Shown here piece by piece: positions 37,401 to 51,099 of a stretch of 64,000 bases of DNA. Below the pieces are notes generated by a model that did not search any database, was not told where the DNA came from, and worked only from the letters and a program-made list of their open reading frames with translations. Each line of letters opens with the position of its first letter. The first letter of the stretch is position 1. Origin of the DNA: Schmidtea polychroa (Eukaryota); contig CM097885.1 of NCBI GenBank assembly GCA_044892525.1, forward strand, positions 172,050,001-172,114,000, written 5' to 3'. Made by a program: the position numbers and the translations under genes.

Positions 37401-40400
37401 AAAAGTTTAGACATTTATAAAAGTGACCATTAAGTATCCAATTTATTTCTAATTAAAAATTGACAGTTACAAAAATTATTTAAGCTATAAAAANNNNNNN
37501 NNNNNNNNNNNNNNNNNNNNNNNNNNNNNNNNNNNNNNNNNNNNNNNNNNNNNNNNNNNNNNNNNNNNNNNNNNNNNNNNNNNNNNNNNNNNNNNNNNNN
37601 NNNNNNNNNNNNNNNNNNNNNNNNNTAAAAACATAAATATTTTATAATAAGCAAAAGAATTTATCCTATTCAATAACATGAATGTGTTATTAATTTATAA
37701 TGTATTTTTACATTTCTTTGAAAATTCATAATTATTTAGTTGAATTTGATAATAAAATTTTTTTATTAATTCAAAATTATATTTTAATTATTTTTCACTT
37801 GGAATAAAATATCGAAAAATAGAATATTTCTAAAAATTATAAAACAATAAAAATTACGAAAATTTAAAATTAAAACAAATTTTAATATTATTTGAAATAA
37901 TTGTAAATTATCATTTTTATGGACAAAATTGAATTTGTTTATGTGGTGTTTGATTTTTGTTTCCTTTAGAAAATGTAATATTAATAAAAACTAATAACAA
38001 ATGAAAATGGAAATGTTTACCAACCGACAAATCAACAAATTCTGTAACAGGTTTCTGAAATTCATTAGAATTTTATTATTCGACATTTTGCTGATTTTAC
38101 TGATAAAGAATTTCCATAATATTTTTTCATTTATTTTGTTAGTCTTCCTTATCATGTTATAAAATATTGAAAATTTGATTTTTCCATTTATGTGATTGTG
38201 TCATTTTAAAGGAAATTTCATAAATAATTAAAAATGATTATTATATGACATAATTGACATAATCACTTGATTTAATATCTTCAGATAAAAAATAGTTTCA
38301 AATATTCTTTGGTTGTGATTACGTAATTATGATAAGATNNNNNNNNNNNNNNNNNNNNNNNNNNNNNNNNNNNNNNNNNNNNNNNNNNNNNNNNNNNNNN
38401 NNNNNNNNNNNNNNNNNNNNNNNNNNNNNNNNNNNNNNNNNNNNNNNNNNNNNNNNNNNNNNNNNNNNNNTTTATAATTATCATAAATAATTGAATACTA
38501 CTGAAAATATAGAACGCGGAATTAATAAGAAATATAGATATTTGTATTTTTATTATGTTTATGTATAAAAATAATTATTTTTAGATGCCTGTGAGAATTG
38601 CTTATATTTAAGTAAATTATCTTATAAATATATTTGTATTGATATAAACAAATTTGGTTTATTTATACGAGCTTTATTGGAATTATTTTTTCCTTCATTT
38701 TATTTGTTTTTGTTCTAATTAAAATGCACTTTTATTCTAATTTAGAATTATTTTATAAATAAATTAGTTATTATTATCTTTGTTATAGATTGAATTGCAA
38801 AAATATTTCATATTAAAAAAAATAAGTTAAGGGTATTTTTATGACATAATTGTTTATTCATAAGTTTATAAAATCAAAGATTTCGTAGAGTAAATATAAG
38901 AGACTAAAAATTATTAAATTTGTCACAGAAAAAAAGTATTCAAATATAGCTATAAATATCAAGTGATAGACTAATCCATTAAAGAATATTTTTAAAAAAA
39001 ATATTGACCATGAATGATAAATATATTCTACGCCAGAGAGCTGACATGAAAAGAATGAATTAATTGTTTGCAATAAAAGTCTTTTTAAATAATGACTTTT
39101 CTAATCCCAATGTAAAAAAGAATCAAAAAAAACTTGCTATATTTTATAAAATACATATTTATGATTTTCCTATTAGAATCAATCTTGACGTTTTTTGTTA
39201 TTCTAAATTCAATAATATGACAAAAGTTAAAAAAAAATTTTGACATTTTATAATAAATTTTAAGATTTTAAATGATAAATATAAAGTAAAATTACTAATT
39301 TAAAAATTAAAATTAGAAAAGGAATTTTTTTAATTTAAAGCAATAAGCTGAATAATGTAATAATTATTTTGCTGTTGATTTCTACAATAAAATATTTATT
39401 AAATTTATGTATTATTTTATCAAATAAATTGCGTAGAATTGGTTTTTTATTCCAAATATATATGAAACATATTAACTCAAAATAAAAAGCCAGAGAAGAA
39501 CTGAGAGAACGGCTATGCGCTCGGGCGCGACCAACCGCGTGAGCAATACTCGCGCGATCAACGGTGGATTAAATTAATACTGGTCATGTTTTATGACATA
39601 TTAAATTTTTGTTTTTTCCTTTATTTTTGACCAGTTATATTTAGTTATTATATTTTAAATACAAATCTACATTCTTAGGATTCTCAAATAAATTCAAATA
39701 TTATTTTCCCACTATTTCCAATAGCACGCAAAAATAAAATGAAAATATTTTTTAATCACAAAACAATCAATAATACTTTACTTTTAATATTATTTTAATA
39801 TTATTAAAGAAATTTTTGATTAAAACTTAAAAAATTATTTCATAGATTTTAACTATATTTTTAAAAATATTTTTACTAAAATATATTTTTGTTTATAATA
39901 AAAACATTTCTTGGAATTTAAGGAATAAAAAAAGATAAAGGTTTTGTCAACTCTAATGATTAAAATTTGGGAAATTCAAAAATAATTGTTTGTTTTCGAA
40001 TTATTTTAAATTGCACATTTTTTTATTCAAATAATAACATATGTTTTAAAGCTTTACTCGGAAGTGAGTAGTAAGGGGTTGTACAATATTTTTAAGAGCA
40101 CTTTGTAGGAAATTTAATAATAACATCGCTAAAGATTTAGATATATGAAGAATAAGACAATAATTCTTTCTTTACACTTTCACCCGTTTTGGGCAATATC
40201 ATTTAATGAGTATAATTTTTGTTTTAATATATAATGATAGTTTTTCACTCCGGAAAGTGTAAGTTATTGTTAATTAATATTTTATATTATTACTTTAATC
40301 GTTATTAATTGGCGCGATTATTAAAATTTAATTTAATTTGGAACATAATATCTCAGTTAGTTATATTTTCAATAAAATCATTTATCTTCTTCGTCACTGG

Positions 40401-43400
40401 CCGATAATTTCTTTTTTCTAATTTCCATCGTATTATAAATCAATAAATTCAAATTATACACAAATATTTGGCACAATTGTTTTATTAATCTGAATATATT
40501 GACAAATACACATGTATTAAATAAAAAAATGATTAAATTTGTTATAAATTATATGTATAAATTAATTTCTAAAAAGTAAATATTAATTAGTATAAATTAT
40601 GAAAAATGTAAATACTTAAACTTTCCGGGGTCAAAATGACATTTAGGTCGTTGTAAAAAAATAATGGAAAAATCATTAACATAATAAATATCAAAATTGT
40701 AATGATTCTCCTTCATAAAAAATTTGTTGCTATTATTATATATAAAAAATTAATTCATAAATTTTATTTCGTTTTTTGTAAAATTGTAATGAATCGAGAG
40801 GTTCTTAATTTTTAGTCATTATTCAAAGTTATAATTTTTAAAGGTGTTTTTATTTTTTAGTGGGGTTTTGTCTTTGGGTGAAAAAAGAAAGTTTAAATTA
40901 AGATTAAAGATTTCCATCTGAAGTAAGTTGTTATTCATTTTTAATTTTGAAATGTAGGATTTGTTTATTCATAATTTTATTAGGAAATTTTATTAGGGAT
41001 TTTTGTTCGATTTCCTTATAATTCAGAAAATGTCTTCGTATAATTTACAAAATTTAGGAAATTTTTCATTAAAGGTTTTGCATAACATACATGCAGGTTC
41101 AAATAATTTTGATTTAAACGGTTTCTCCAATTGGAAAATTCAAGTCTTGATAAAAAATGAGGGAACCGACTGCAAATATTTAGCAGTCCATTCTTCTTAT
41201 TAGAAATTATTTTTAATTTTATTGTTTTGACCAAAATCACTTCCAAATAAAAATTATTATTATATTTTATTTATGTTTAATTTTATTATAAATATGCCAT
41301 TTTAATAAATAGCTTAGTTGATTTTGTATAGAGTACATGCTCTAAGGATTATCTTTGGAAAATAGACGACGAGGTAAAGTTTGGAAACTGTAATCAAAAA
41401 ACGTATAAAAGTAAAAAAATAAAGTTTTTTTTTAATTTCTTAATAAAGTAATAAAATTAATATAATAAAATGAATGAAAATTCATAAATATAAAAAGGTA
41501 AGGAATGAAATTCTAACTGAAATTTAAACAAGAAATTTAAATTTCTTAATAAAATATTTCATTAAAAATGTTAATTTTTCAACTTTTAAATCTATTTGCT
41601 ACAATTATTGGGTCCCGAGGTTAATGGGTTGATTGCAGCCAATGTAAATGTTTTTATAATTACAGATGTTGCAAAACTATTTTCATCAAAATATTTATGT
41701 AAAATATTATTTTTCTAAGCCAGAAATATCAATCGTAACAAATGTTATATTTAGGAATTCTGGAAAGGTTTTATAGTATAATAAATTTTTATAAATTCAA
41801 TTTATAGAGATAAAAAATTAATTGTTAATTTTATACACAAAGTAATTATAAATTATGTATTAATAGTAGATAAAAAAGTCATTGTTAATTAAAATAAAAT
41901 GCTATTTACAAAATAAAACAAAAGTCAATAATTGCAATATTTTACATCAATTTGTATACCATATAAACGTCCGTTATTACTAGAATATGCAGATTATTAA
42001 TTAATTATCATCAAAATTAAATAATTGTAATTTATTTACTCTTTGCTCTATGAATAAAACATTTTCACACAAAATTACATTTTGAAGTTTGACTTTTTCA
42101 AAATTTGCTAAAAAATTAATTGTTGTTTTTTCAAAGATGAAAATTAGTAAAATTTTAATCATAAATATATTCATGGGAAAAGTGATTAATTTTAAAAAAA
42201 AGTATAAGAAAACAAAAACATTTCCACCTGAAGGAAATTTCAATTCTGTTATAATTAATTTTGTTCAATATATTTGTTTAATTGTTTTTGTCTTAAATAA
42301 ATTTTCCAAAAGAAATATCTTCGAACAACTCAAAGTATATTACAATTTATTTTAAATTGTATATATTTATGATTAATTTTTATACAACAATAATCGAGCA
42401 AATTAAAACACAGATAAACTTCTTTCGAATTTGCCGTCTTTTGAAAAGAACTGTACATCCTTTTTCCCACCACTCCAATGAAAGATGCGAAATTCAGGAA
42501 AGTTAAAGACAAATACATCTTTATGTGCTACAATAAAAGATGTGATATGTAAAAGACGGGAAAAGTATCAGAAATGAAAGTTTTTTGTATAATATTTTCA
42601 TTATGTTAAAAACTGCCATAAAAGTTCTTTGGAAATTTTGTCTGGAAATTTAATACATCGAAGTTATTATTGAAATGTTTTGTTATCTAAATTATTATAT
42701 ATAAGCTGTTTATCTGTTTGAATGCATTATTTAAATTAATTTTTTAATAATTTAACTGCGGGAAATATTAATTCTGATCCCAAATTAAAGTTGCCTACTT
42801 TTTGAGTTCTTGTTAGAAGTCTTTTATCGTGCCATAATAATTGTTATGACTAAAAAAGGAACCTTTTAGACCTGATTTTAAGTCTTTACATAGTTGCAAT
42901 TGCTTTAACTGTAAAGTAAAAGCAAAAAATAATAAGTATGTGTGTCAGTAATTCGAATCTTTGGTGAAAAATTAATTCCGATGATATTTTTTTTTAATTT
43001 CCATTTATTTATTTACTAATCATCATCAATCTAGGATGAAGGCTATAAACATAGTGTTATTATTATTGTTTGTTTACACATATGAAATAATATTAAATAT
43101 TTTCGGTTAATAAAGTTTGTTTTTCTATGATTAACACTGAATTTACGAAACCGGTCAATTTCACAAATTTCAAATTTTTCAGAATGTAATAAATTATGAA
43201 ATATGTTAATCTTTGTTTTAAATTATATCATTTTTGTAATATTAAATATTTTTTCAAATAATTTTACTAAAATAACTACATTTTAATGTATTTGTTAATA
43301 TGGCGGGTTAAAAAAAAATTTACGTATATAAAAGATTTGTTATAAATTTTAAGTCACCTTAATAAAAAGTATTATTTTAATAATTGATATTTATTTTTAT

Positions 43401-44608
43401 TTATTGCAAAAATATTTTTATTTTAAGTAACAAAAAGAAATATTTTAATTATACGATTAAAAACGTAAAAAAATAAAAAGTTATGTACCCTTTAGTATTT
43501 CAGGATTCTTCAAACCTTGGGGTCATGTTTTTGAAGGCCAAAAAATAAACTAAATGCTTAAAAGAATTTAAGCATTTAATCTCAAAGTAAATCATTTTGG
43601 TTAAGCTCTCCTCTAATAATCTAGTATTCATTAAAAGCATAAAATCAGATAATTAATAAATATATTAATTTATTAGATTTAATTTTTAAAAATATTATAT
43701 ATTTTACTAATAATTTACATGTTCTTTTAAAGACTTTTAAAAAACATGATCCAAACATTCCCACACAAGACTTAATTTTTAATATTTTTAATTAACAATA
43801 TAAAATTTATAATACAAAATGTTTTTTTATTTTAAAAATTTGTTTATTTGAATATATGTAGAAAATTGGTTAAAAGAAAAATAGAAAAAAAATTAAATTC
43901 TTTAGTTATTTTATAATTATTTTATAATGCTATTAACAATTCAATTGACATTTCATAGTAGCGCACTTGGAATTTGATTCAAAATATATTTTATTAAAGA
44001 TTAATTTGTACTATTAATTGAAATGTTTATAATGTACGATTTTTAGAGATAATGACTGATAAAATGAAAGTGGATTGGATTTGTGGTGAATATATATTCA
44101 CAGAAGCTCTTTAGGCTGATTTGAATGAATATATAATTATATGCTTTTAGAATTTAATCTGAAATAATTAAAGCTTCAAAAAAACCGAAATAATTAAAAA
44201 ATTGTGTATATTTTATTTATTCAAATTGAAAAAACTTCGAGAAAATAATTTGATTCAACCCCAAAAATAATTTATCTTAAAATATATTAAATAAAAATTT
44301 ACTAAAATCATTCTTTAATAAAATTAAATCCATAGATAAATTAAATTATTTGTTAAAAATTTAATTTGTTAGGATATTTAATTCATATTATTACTATAAA
44401 AAGCAATCTAAATAAACTACTTACATTGCTATTAATCTTCCCTTAAATTTTCGAGATTAATTATTCAAATCCACTATCCAAACACGAAATATATTTAATA
44501 ATAAAATTTTTATTTTAAAATGAAATTTAAATTATTTTGACCTTTATATATTACATAATGATATTTTAAAACAAATCCACTTTATTTTTACTTAAAATTC
44601 TTAATTTG

Positions 44609-47409
44609 TTACCAAATAAATTTTAACGATAAAATTTTTGTTAAAATCATGAAACTGAAATAAATCCAAATATTTTTTGACAAAAATTTCAATCCTAAAC
44701 CAAAATTTCGTAATTTGCAATTGTTTTCATTGAAATATTTGTTCTGAATATTGAAAAGAATACCATTAAGATTCAATTCAGATGTAATATCTGATAACAA
44801 TGATCTCAGCTTTGCATCATCACGAAACATAATTAGACTTATTGTAATAAGATTGATTACATTGAATTTCGATACGTATTTGCAACTTTGGGTGACGAAG
44901 AAATCGCCTGTAAATTCATCAGTTATCAAAATGTCAGATGATCTCAGTTTTGTATTAAAAGTACAATTGACAATGTTATAACATTTAGATAAATGATATA
45001 TATGAGATAAGTTCTGCTTTTTGAAATAAAAGTTGAATAGGTCAATATTATTCTGATCGAGAATTGTGAATATATTAACCTGTTTTCTTTCCAGAGAACA
45101 ATATATGTAGTAAACTGTTTCCGTTATGTTTATTTCTTGATATTCTTGTTTTGACATCAATCTTGAAAGTATCTTGAATTTTTTTGAGAATAAAATTGAT
45201 AATCTTAAAATACAGTATAAATAAATTGAAAATCATTGAAAATATAAAATTATTTAATTATATTAGTGGTTCCCAAATGCATTTTCCCAAAACATTTTTA
45301 CTTAACATCTTTTGATAAATAAAATACCCGATATTCAATAGTAATATTTACATCAATTGTTATATTGCCATAGTATCGCAATCGATAATATTAAAAAATA
45401 TTTTGATTTCAGTTTCAAAAATTTACAGCAAAATTGAAAATCTTGTCTGGTATCATGCTTTCTTTGAAAAACAATACTATACTCAACAAATAAATTCTCT
45501 AGATAATTGCCCTCTCAAAAACAGTATAAAAAGAGAGCTCAGAAACAGATAAATCGCCATTTGGTCGAAGAAAAAAAAGAGAAGCTCAGAAATCAGGCGA
45601 CCAGTAATCAGAGAAAGAAATCAAGTAATTTGAAAAAAAGGTTAATTTTCGTACCAGAAAAGATGATTGCCCCTTGTGTTATCTAGCTTATCCAGTAAAA
45701 ATTGTCTTGAACGAAAGATGATAATAGTGTAAAATTGCAATTTGTTTGAAATTGAATAAAATTATTCTGTGTTGGGTTTCGACCTTTTTGTTTGAATAAG
45801 AACACGAGGATTCAGAGACAGAACCGACCTTAAAAATAAAACCCAACAAATGTATACTTAACTCAAATGATGATCCTTTAATCAATTTGCATATGAATTT
45901 TTAATTAATTTTAATTTAAATTTCATTTCTGCACACTTTTACATATTCTTAACATATTTAATTTTATTCAAGATGTTTCTTTAAACAACACTTAACTTTA
46001 ATAATTTGGGACTCACTTTTTGGATTGAGGAACGATTGACAATTGAATGGGAAATTCCAAAATTTACATAGATTATTTTTTTGTATTTTCGTTAGAAAAA
46101 GTTCTCGTCGTGAAACACTGTCTGGAATTTTCGGCGACTTATTTATCTGAACTAAGGTTTTTCACTTATGTTCAAATTATTGGAATATGTGAACGTGTTT
46201 AATGATCTTTGATCAAGAACATTTGATTTATTTTACAAATATTAACATAATATCAAAGGGATCTGTTCATTAAAATTAAAACAAGTATTTTATTAGTTAT
46301 TTGTAACAATTCAGTTAATAATTTTATAAATTAATAAATTTAATTGTTTTTATTCACTTTATAATTTATAATTTTAAGTTTTCCNNNNNNNNNNNNNNNN
46401 NNNNNNNNNNNNNNNNNNNNNNNNNNNNNNNNNNNNNNNNNNNNNNNNNNNNNNNNNNNNNNNNNNNNNNNNNNNNNNNNNNNNNNNNNNNNNNNNNNNN
46501 NNNNNNNNNNNNNNNNNNNNNNNNNNNNNNNNNNNNNNNNNNNNNNNNNNNNNNNNNNNNNNNNNNNNNNNNNNNNNNNNNNNNNNNNNNNNNNNNNNNN
46601 NTTCTTACAGTAAAGGTAGGAATTCAGAAAGATTTGCATTTACGTTGTCTTCTAAATTTGCTAACAATTTGTGTACAAACTTTGAACGTAAAATCTTCAT
46701 TCTTTCCCATGGTATCTTCTTATGGTCTCTTTCAAACTGAATTTCAATGTTTTCTCCATATCTTTTTCAGAACTTTGTTTATTCAGCTATTGTTATCAAC
46801 GGTACTTGGCAAAGTCTTACTTTTTAGTGAAATCCAAATGAAATGAATACCAACTATATAAATATATTTATATCGATATCAAAACAGACTTGGTATTAAC
46901 TTTCCCAATAATATGACTGTAAATTATTTCTCATTGCTCTTCGACACTCGTAAATGTATTTTCACTAATTTTCTAATTTTGGGGCCCAAGGGGACTTCTA
47001 ATTTTTTTAATTCAAAGTTTATTGTAAAAGAAGTTGTATTAATTCAAAATGTCCTAATGACGATTTTTTAAGAATTAAGACAATTTTTGTTTTAATAATT
47101 GCAACTTACTTTAAATTCGGTATCGTTATAAGTAAATCGTAAACTTCGACCATTTCTTTTGGTTTTCGAAATACTGGAAATCCAAAGACAACATCAACTT
47201 TCTAAATTAATTATTTTTTATTAAGCAAAACTGAAAATCATGTCACATTGCTTTTTAAAAAGTCCAGAAATAATTCTTCATCGGAGATATTTCGGTAAAT
47301 CTCTAAACTGGAAATGTTTATTTGTTGTATAAAAACCTTTGGAATAATAGATCCAATAGCTTCATTTAAATCAGAAATAATTTGATTTAAATCTTCATTT
47401 CCAATTATC
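44609..47409 (-). pseudogene. Decayed spliced gene; last exon SAM-methyltransferase-like (possible mRNA capping-enzyme relative)
   Basis: In-phase GT-AG exons 47409-47247, 47201-47110, then 47053- with an early TGA; further exon-like blocks at ~46850-46610, ~46240-46015 and ~45845-45655; terminal open frame 45203-44609 (includes the 183-aa ORF) behind an AG acceptor. Product assignment is speculative. Confidence 0.45.
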
Positions 47410-48269
47410 CTTAAAACTTATTTAAATTAAATATTAAAGAAAATTTTATCAATAAAAATAAGAAAAAATTTTAAAAAATCTTTTGAATTTATGAGATCTT
47501 TTTTAAAATTAAACTTACAAAATATAAAAAATTAAAAATAGTAAAAATTCAAAATATAAAATATAAAATTTCATCTTGAAGTTGAACCCCTCTGACTTAA
47601 TAAATTTAAACAATGAATCATTTTTACGTTAATTTTTAAAAGAAATATGAAATTATTAAAATTAGTAATTTTTTTTTGTTAAATACAGCTAAAAGCCTCA
47701 ATTTAGACATAAAATTTCTTATATCAGAGATGAAATTGACGATAAAATATCTCTTCCTAACATTAAATTGATATCATTGCGTAAGCGACACCATCATTAA
47801 TTTATGAACGATAACAGAAAATGGATCACATTGCACATGTGTCAAATATACTTTCTGTCCGAGAATAAACCCTGGCTTTTCAGCTTCTTCCTCCTTCAAA
47901 ATAATAAGGTCATTTTCAGCGCCGGCTTAGGAGCGATGTAGATATGGAAAAAGCTTAGGGTGGCAATTTGACCGAAATTTTTTTACGTTTTTTTAAATTT
48001 TATTTACATAATTTTAAAAAATATTAAAAATTATAAAATGTTTTAATTTATATTAATAATTTTGCTAATTTTAATATGACTTTCAGAATTTGTATGAAAA
48101 ATATACATAAGGATAGATATCTATAATAATAAATATTAATACATTTAATTTTACATAATAAATCAACATTTGCGTTAGATAGGTACAAATTTTTAATTAA
48201 TTCAACTATCATTACATTTTCAGTTTTTTAATTACATTTAATGTAGAAAAAATAAAAAAAAATTTAATT

Positions 48270-51099
48270 ATGGACAAGAGAAAATAACTATTTGGTGCTG
48301 AATTTCGAGGGCGAAAAGTTCAAAAGGAGTTATTAATTGTCCATGAGAAACCAAAAAGGCAGTTTAAGAAAATTTCTAAGCACTGCAAAAACATGAAGAA
48401 TATCTTCTGATTGCCTGAGCATGGACACGGACGTAACTAATGAAAATGGTAATATTGAAATATTAATTGAAATATAAGGTCTATGAAGTCCAATAAGTGA
48501 AACTATTACCAGCAAAAATAATAAAACTGGACCAAACGATTATTCAGATATCGAGAAATGGCCAGAAAATGCTGCACCAATAACCGATTCACTGGATCAA
48601 ATCGGACCGGTGAGAATCATTAACTATGATTTTCTGGTATCTATTGATAAAGGTGAAAATAAAAGAAAATTTTTCATTGAAAACTATTTTAGAAAACTTC
48701 CTAATGGAGAGAAATACAATCATAATTGGGTAGTTTATTCAAAATTAAGACGTTTTATTCTGTTTCTGCTGTAAGTTGTTCTCCAAAAATAACTTTGCAT
48801 TAAATCATCAAGAATTCAACGAATGGAAAAACACTAATGGGAGATTGAATATGCATGAAACGAGCTCAAATCATTTTAATTGCTTCGAAACGTTGAAGGA
48901 TATGATTAAACGAATAAAGCACGGATCAACAATAAATTCAACGCTCCAAAAAAAATTAATGAAAACAAAATGCATTGGAAAAGCGTTTTAGAACGACTGT
49001 TTTCTTTAATTAAGTTACGCGGTTGCACTTAGAGGCAATCCAGATAAATTATTCAAAGACGACAACGGAAATTCTTAGGCAAAATTCGATCCAGTAATGA
49101 AAGAACATTTAAGACGCATAAAAAATAAAGAAATATATCAGCACTACTTAGGAAAAAATATTCAAAATGAAATTATACAGATTTTGGGCAAAGGAAAGAT
49201 AATATCTCTATTAAAAGAAAGTAAATATTATTCTCTGATTGTTGACTGTACACCGGATATATCGTATCGTACTCAGAATAAATGACATTAGTCGTACGTT
49301 TTGTATCAATTTTATCGTCTCCCGAGAAAACATGATAATTATTTTAATGTCCGTGAGCATTTTCTGGGATTTGTAGATATTTGCAGCAGCACAGGAGTTG
49401 GAATGTTTGAGAAAATTCTAGAAATTTTAAATGAATATGAAATATCTTTATCTGATTTAAGAGGGCAAGGTTATGACAACGGCATCAATATGCGAGGAAA
49501 GCATAGTGGAGTGCAAAGCCGAATATTAACCTTAAATTCTAGAGCGTTTTTCGTACCTTGAATTTAGTTGTCAATGATGCAGCAAGCTGTTGTATAGAAG
49601 CTTTAACTTTCTTCGATATTGTACAACATCTAAACATTTTTTTCTCGTCCTCTACACAAAGATGAGATATCTTAAAAAAAATGTAAATGGTCTGTCATTA
49701 AAAGGACTTTGTGAAACCAGGTGGGCAGGTCTCATTGAAGTACTAAAGCCGATTCGATTCCAATTTAAAAGAAATCATAAATGCTCTTAATGCATGTTTG
49801 TATGAAGCAATGAATTTGACAACTCAAACAGCAGCCAAAAATAAATCTGAAGCAATTTCAATTTTTGGAAAAATGGAATGTTTTAAATTTTTTTCAGCCT
49901 GATTGTCTGGTATGATATTTTAAGTCAAATAAATATTACAAGCAAAGTACTTCAGAAAGAAAATTTTTATATTTCGGAAGCTACAAAAATACTTTCTAAT
50001 AATATTGACTATTTAAAAAGTACAGAACAGATGATAAGTTTAATGAAGTTTTTGAAGAGGCCAGTGCTCGAAGTGAGGCGGGATGGCCGGGATATTATCC
50101 CGGCATTGATTATGTAGGCGGAATATCATCCCGGCACTTCATTTCATATAATCTATAGGTTTATCCCGGTACTTATTTCATTTTATAGGCACACAAATAC
50201 TGCAATTAAGGTCACACATAGTACATCCATATATGTATGTATATATATTCTTTATTCTCTATTCTCTATTCAATTAAGAATTTCCCAAGCAGCAGTAATG
50301 GATAGGTAGGTATTTGTTGGACACCCCCAAAGTTTTGCAACACCCCCAACTGAAAATTTCTGCATAAAAGCCTGGAATCCCGGGTGCCACAGCATGCCTA
50401 TCCCGGCACATATTTTGTTCCACTTCGAGCACTGGAAGAGGCCAAAAAATTGCACTACAATTACAAATTGAGCCAGAGTTTGAGCAAATAAGAAATCGTC
50501 GCAGAAGAAGGCAATTGGATTATGAGCACCCAGGTGAAGTAATCATTGATGCAGCACAAAATATTAAGAATAATCTTTTTAATAACATCCTTGATCAAAC
50601 AATTGTGTCATCAAATGATAGGTTTACATTGATTCAAGAACACAATAAAAATTTTAACTTCATTTATAATTTAAAAACAGACCTTCGAAAGCAGAAATTG
50701 CATGGAATTGGAAATTTTACTTGCAGTTGGTGACAAAAAATATATATTCGGTTCCTATTTATACGATGAATTAAGGTTTTTAAGAAATCATATTAAGGAA
50801 TCCTGCTACACTTCTTCAAATATATTGGAAAATAAATGCTCATATAATTTAGCATCATCTTTGGCCAATGTTTTTATAGACCTGAGAATTATTTTAAATT
50901 TGCCGATATCAGTAGCTAGCGCAGAAAGGAGTTCTTCAAAATTCAAACTAATTAAAACCTATATACCTCTACGATGAGACAAGAACGATTAGATGCCCTG
51001 GCCACTTTGTCAATTGAAAGTGAAATTGCCAAACATTTAAATGAAGAGGAATTAATTGACAGGTTTGCTACTATAAAGGCTCGAAAGATTAGTTTTTAA
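48270..51099 (+). pseudogene. Disrupted hAT transposase
   Basis: Fragments HYLGKNIQNEII, YYSLIVDCTPDIS, LRGQGYDNGINMRGKHSGVQ, LSLKGLCETRWA, LPISVASAERSSSKFKLIKTY; many stops and frameshifts. Confidence 0.9.
50062..50434. mobile_element. hAT-type MITE nested in the hAT transposase
   Basis: Perfect 14-bp TIR CAGTGCTCGAAGTG; identical 8-bp TSD GAAGAGGC at 50054-50061 and 50435-50442; internal ATCCCGGCA repeats. Confidence 0.93.

Noticed and set aside
39505-39575. GC-rich piggyBac-like right end (...CGCGATCAACGGTGGATTAA)
   Set aside because: No matching left TIR found; orphan remnant only.
40617-41622. TTAA-bounded segment with a decayed minus-strand coding-like stretch
   Set aside because: Putative TIRs match poorly and no family motif was recognised.
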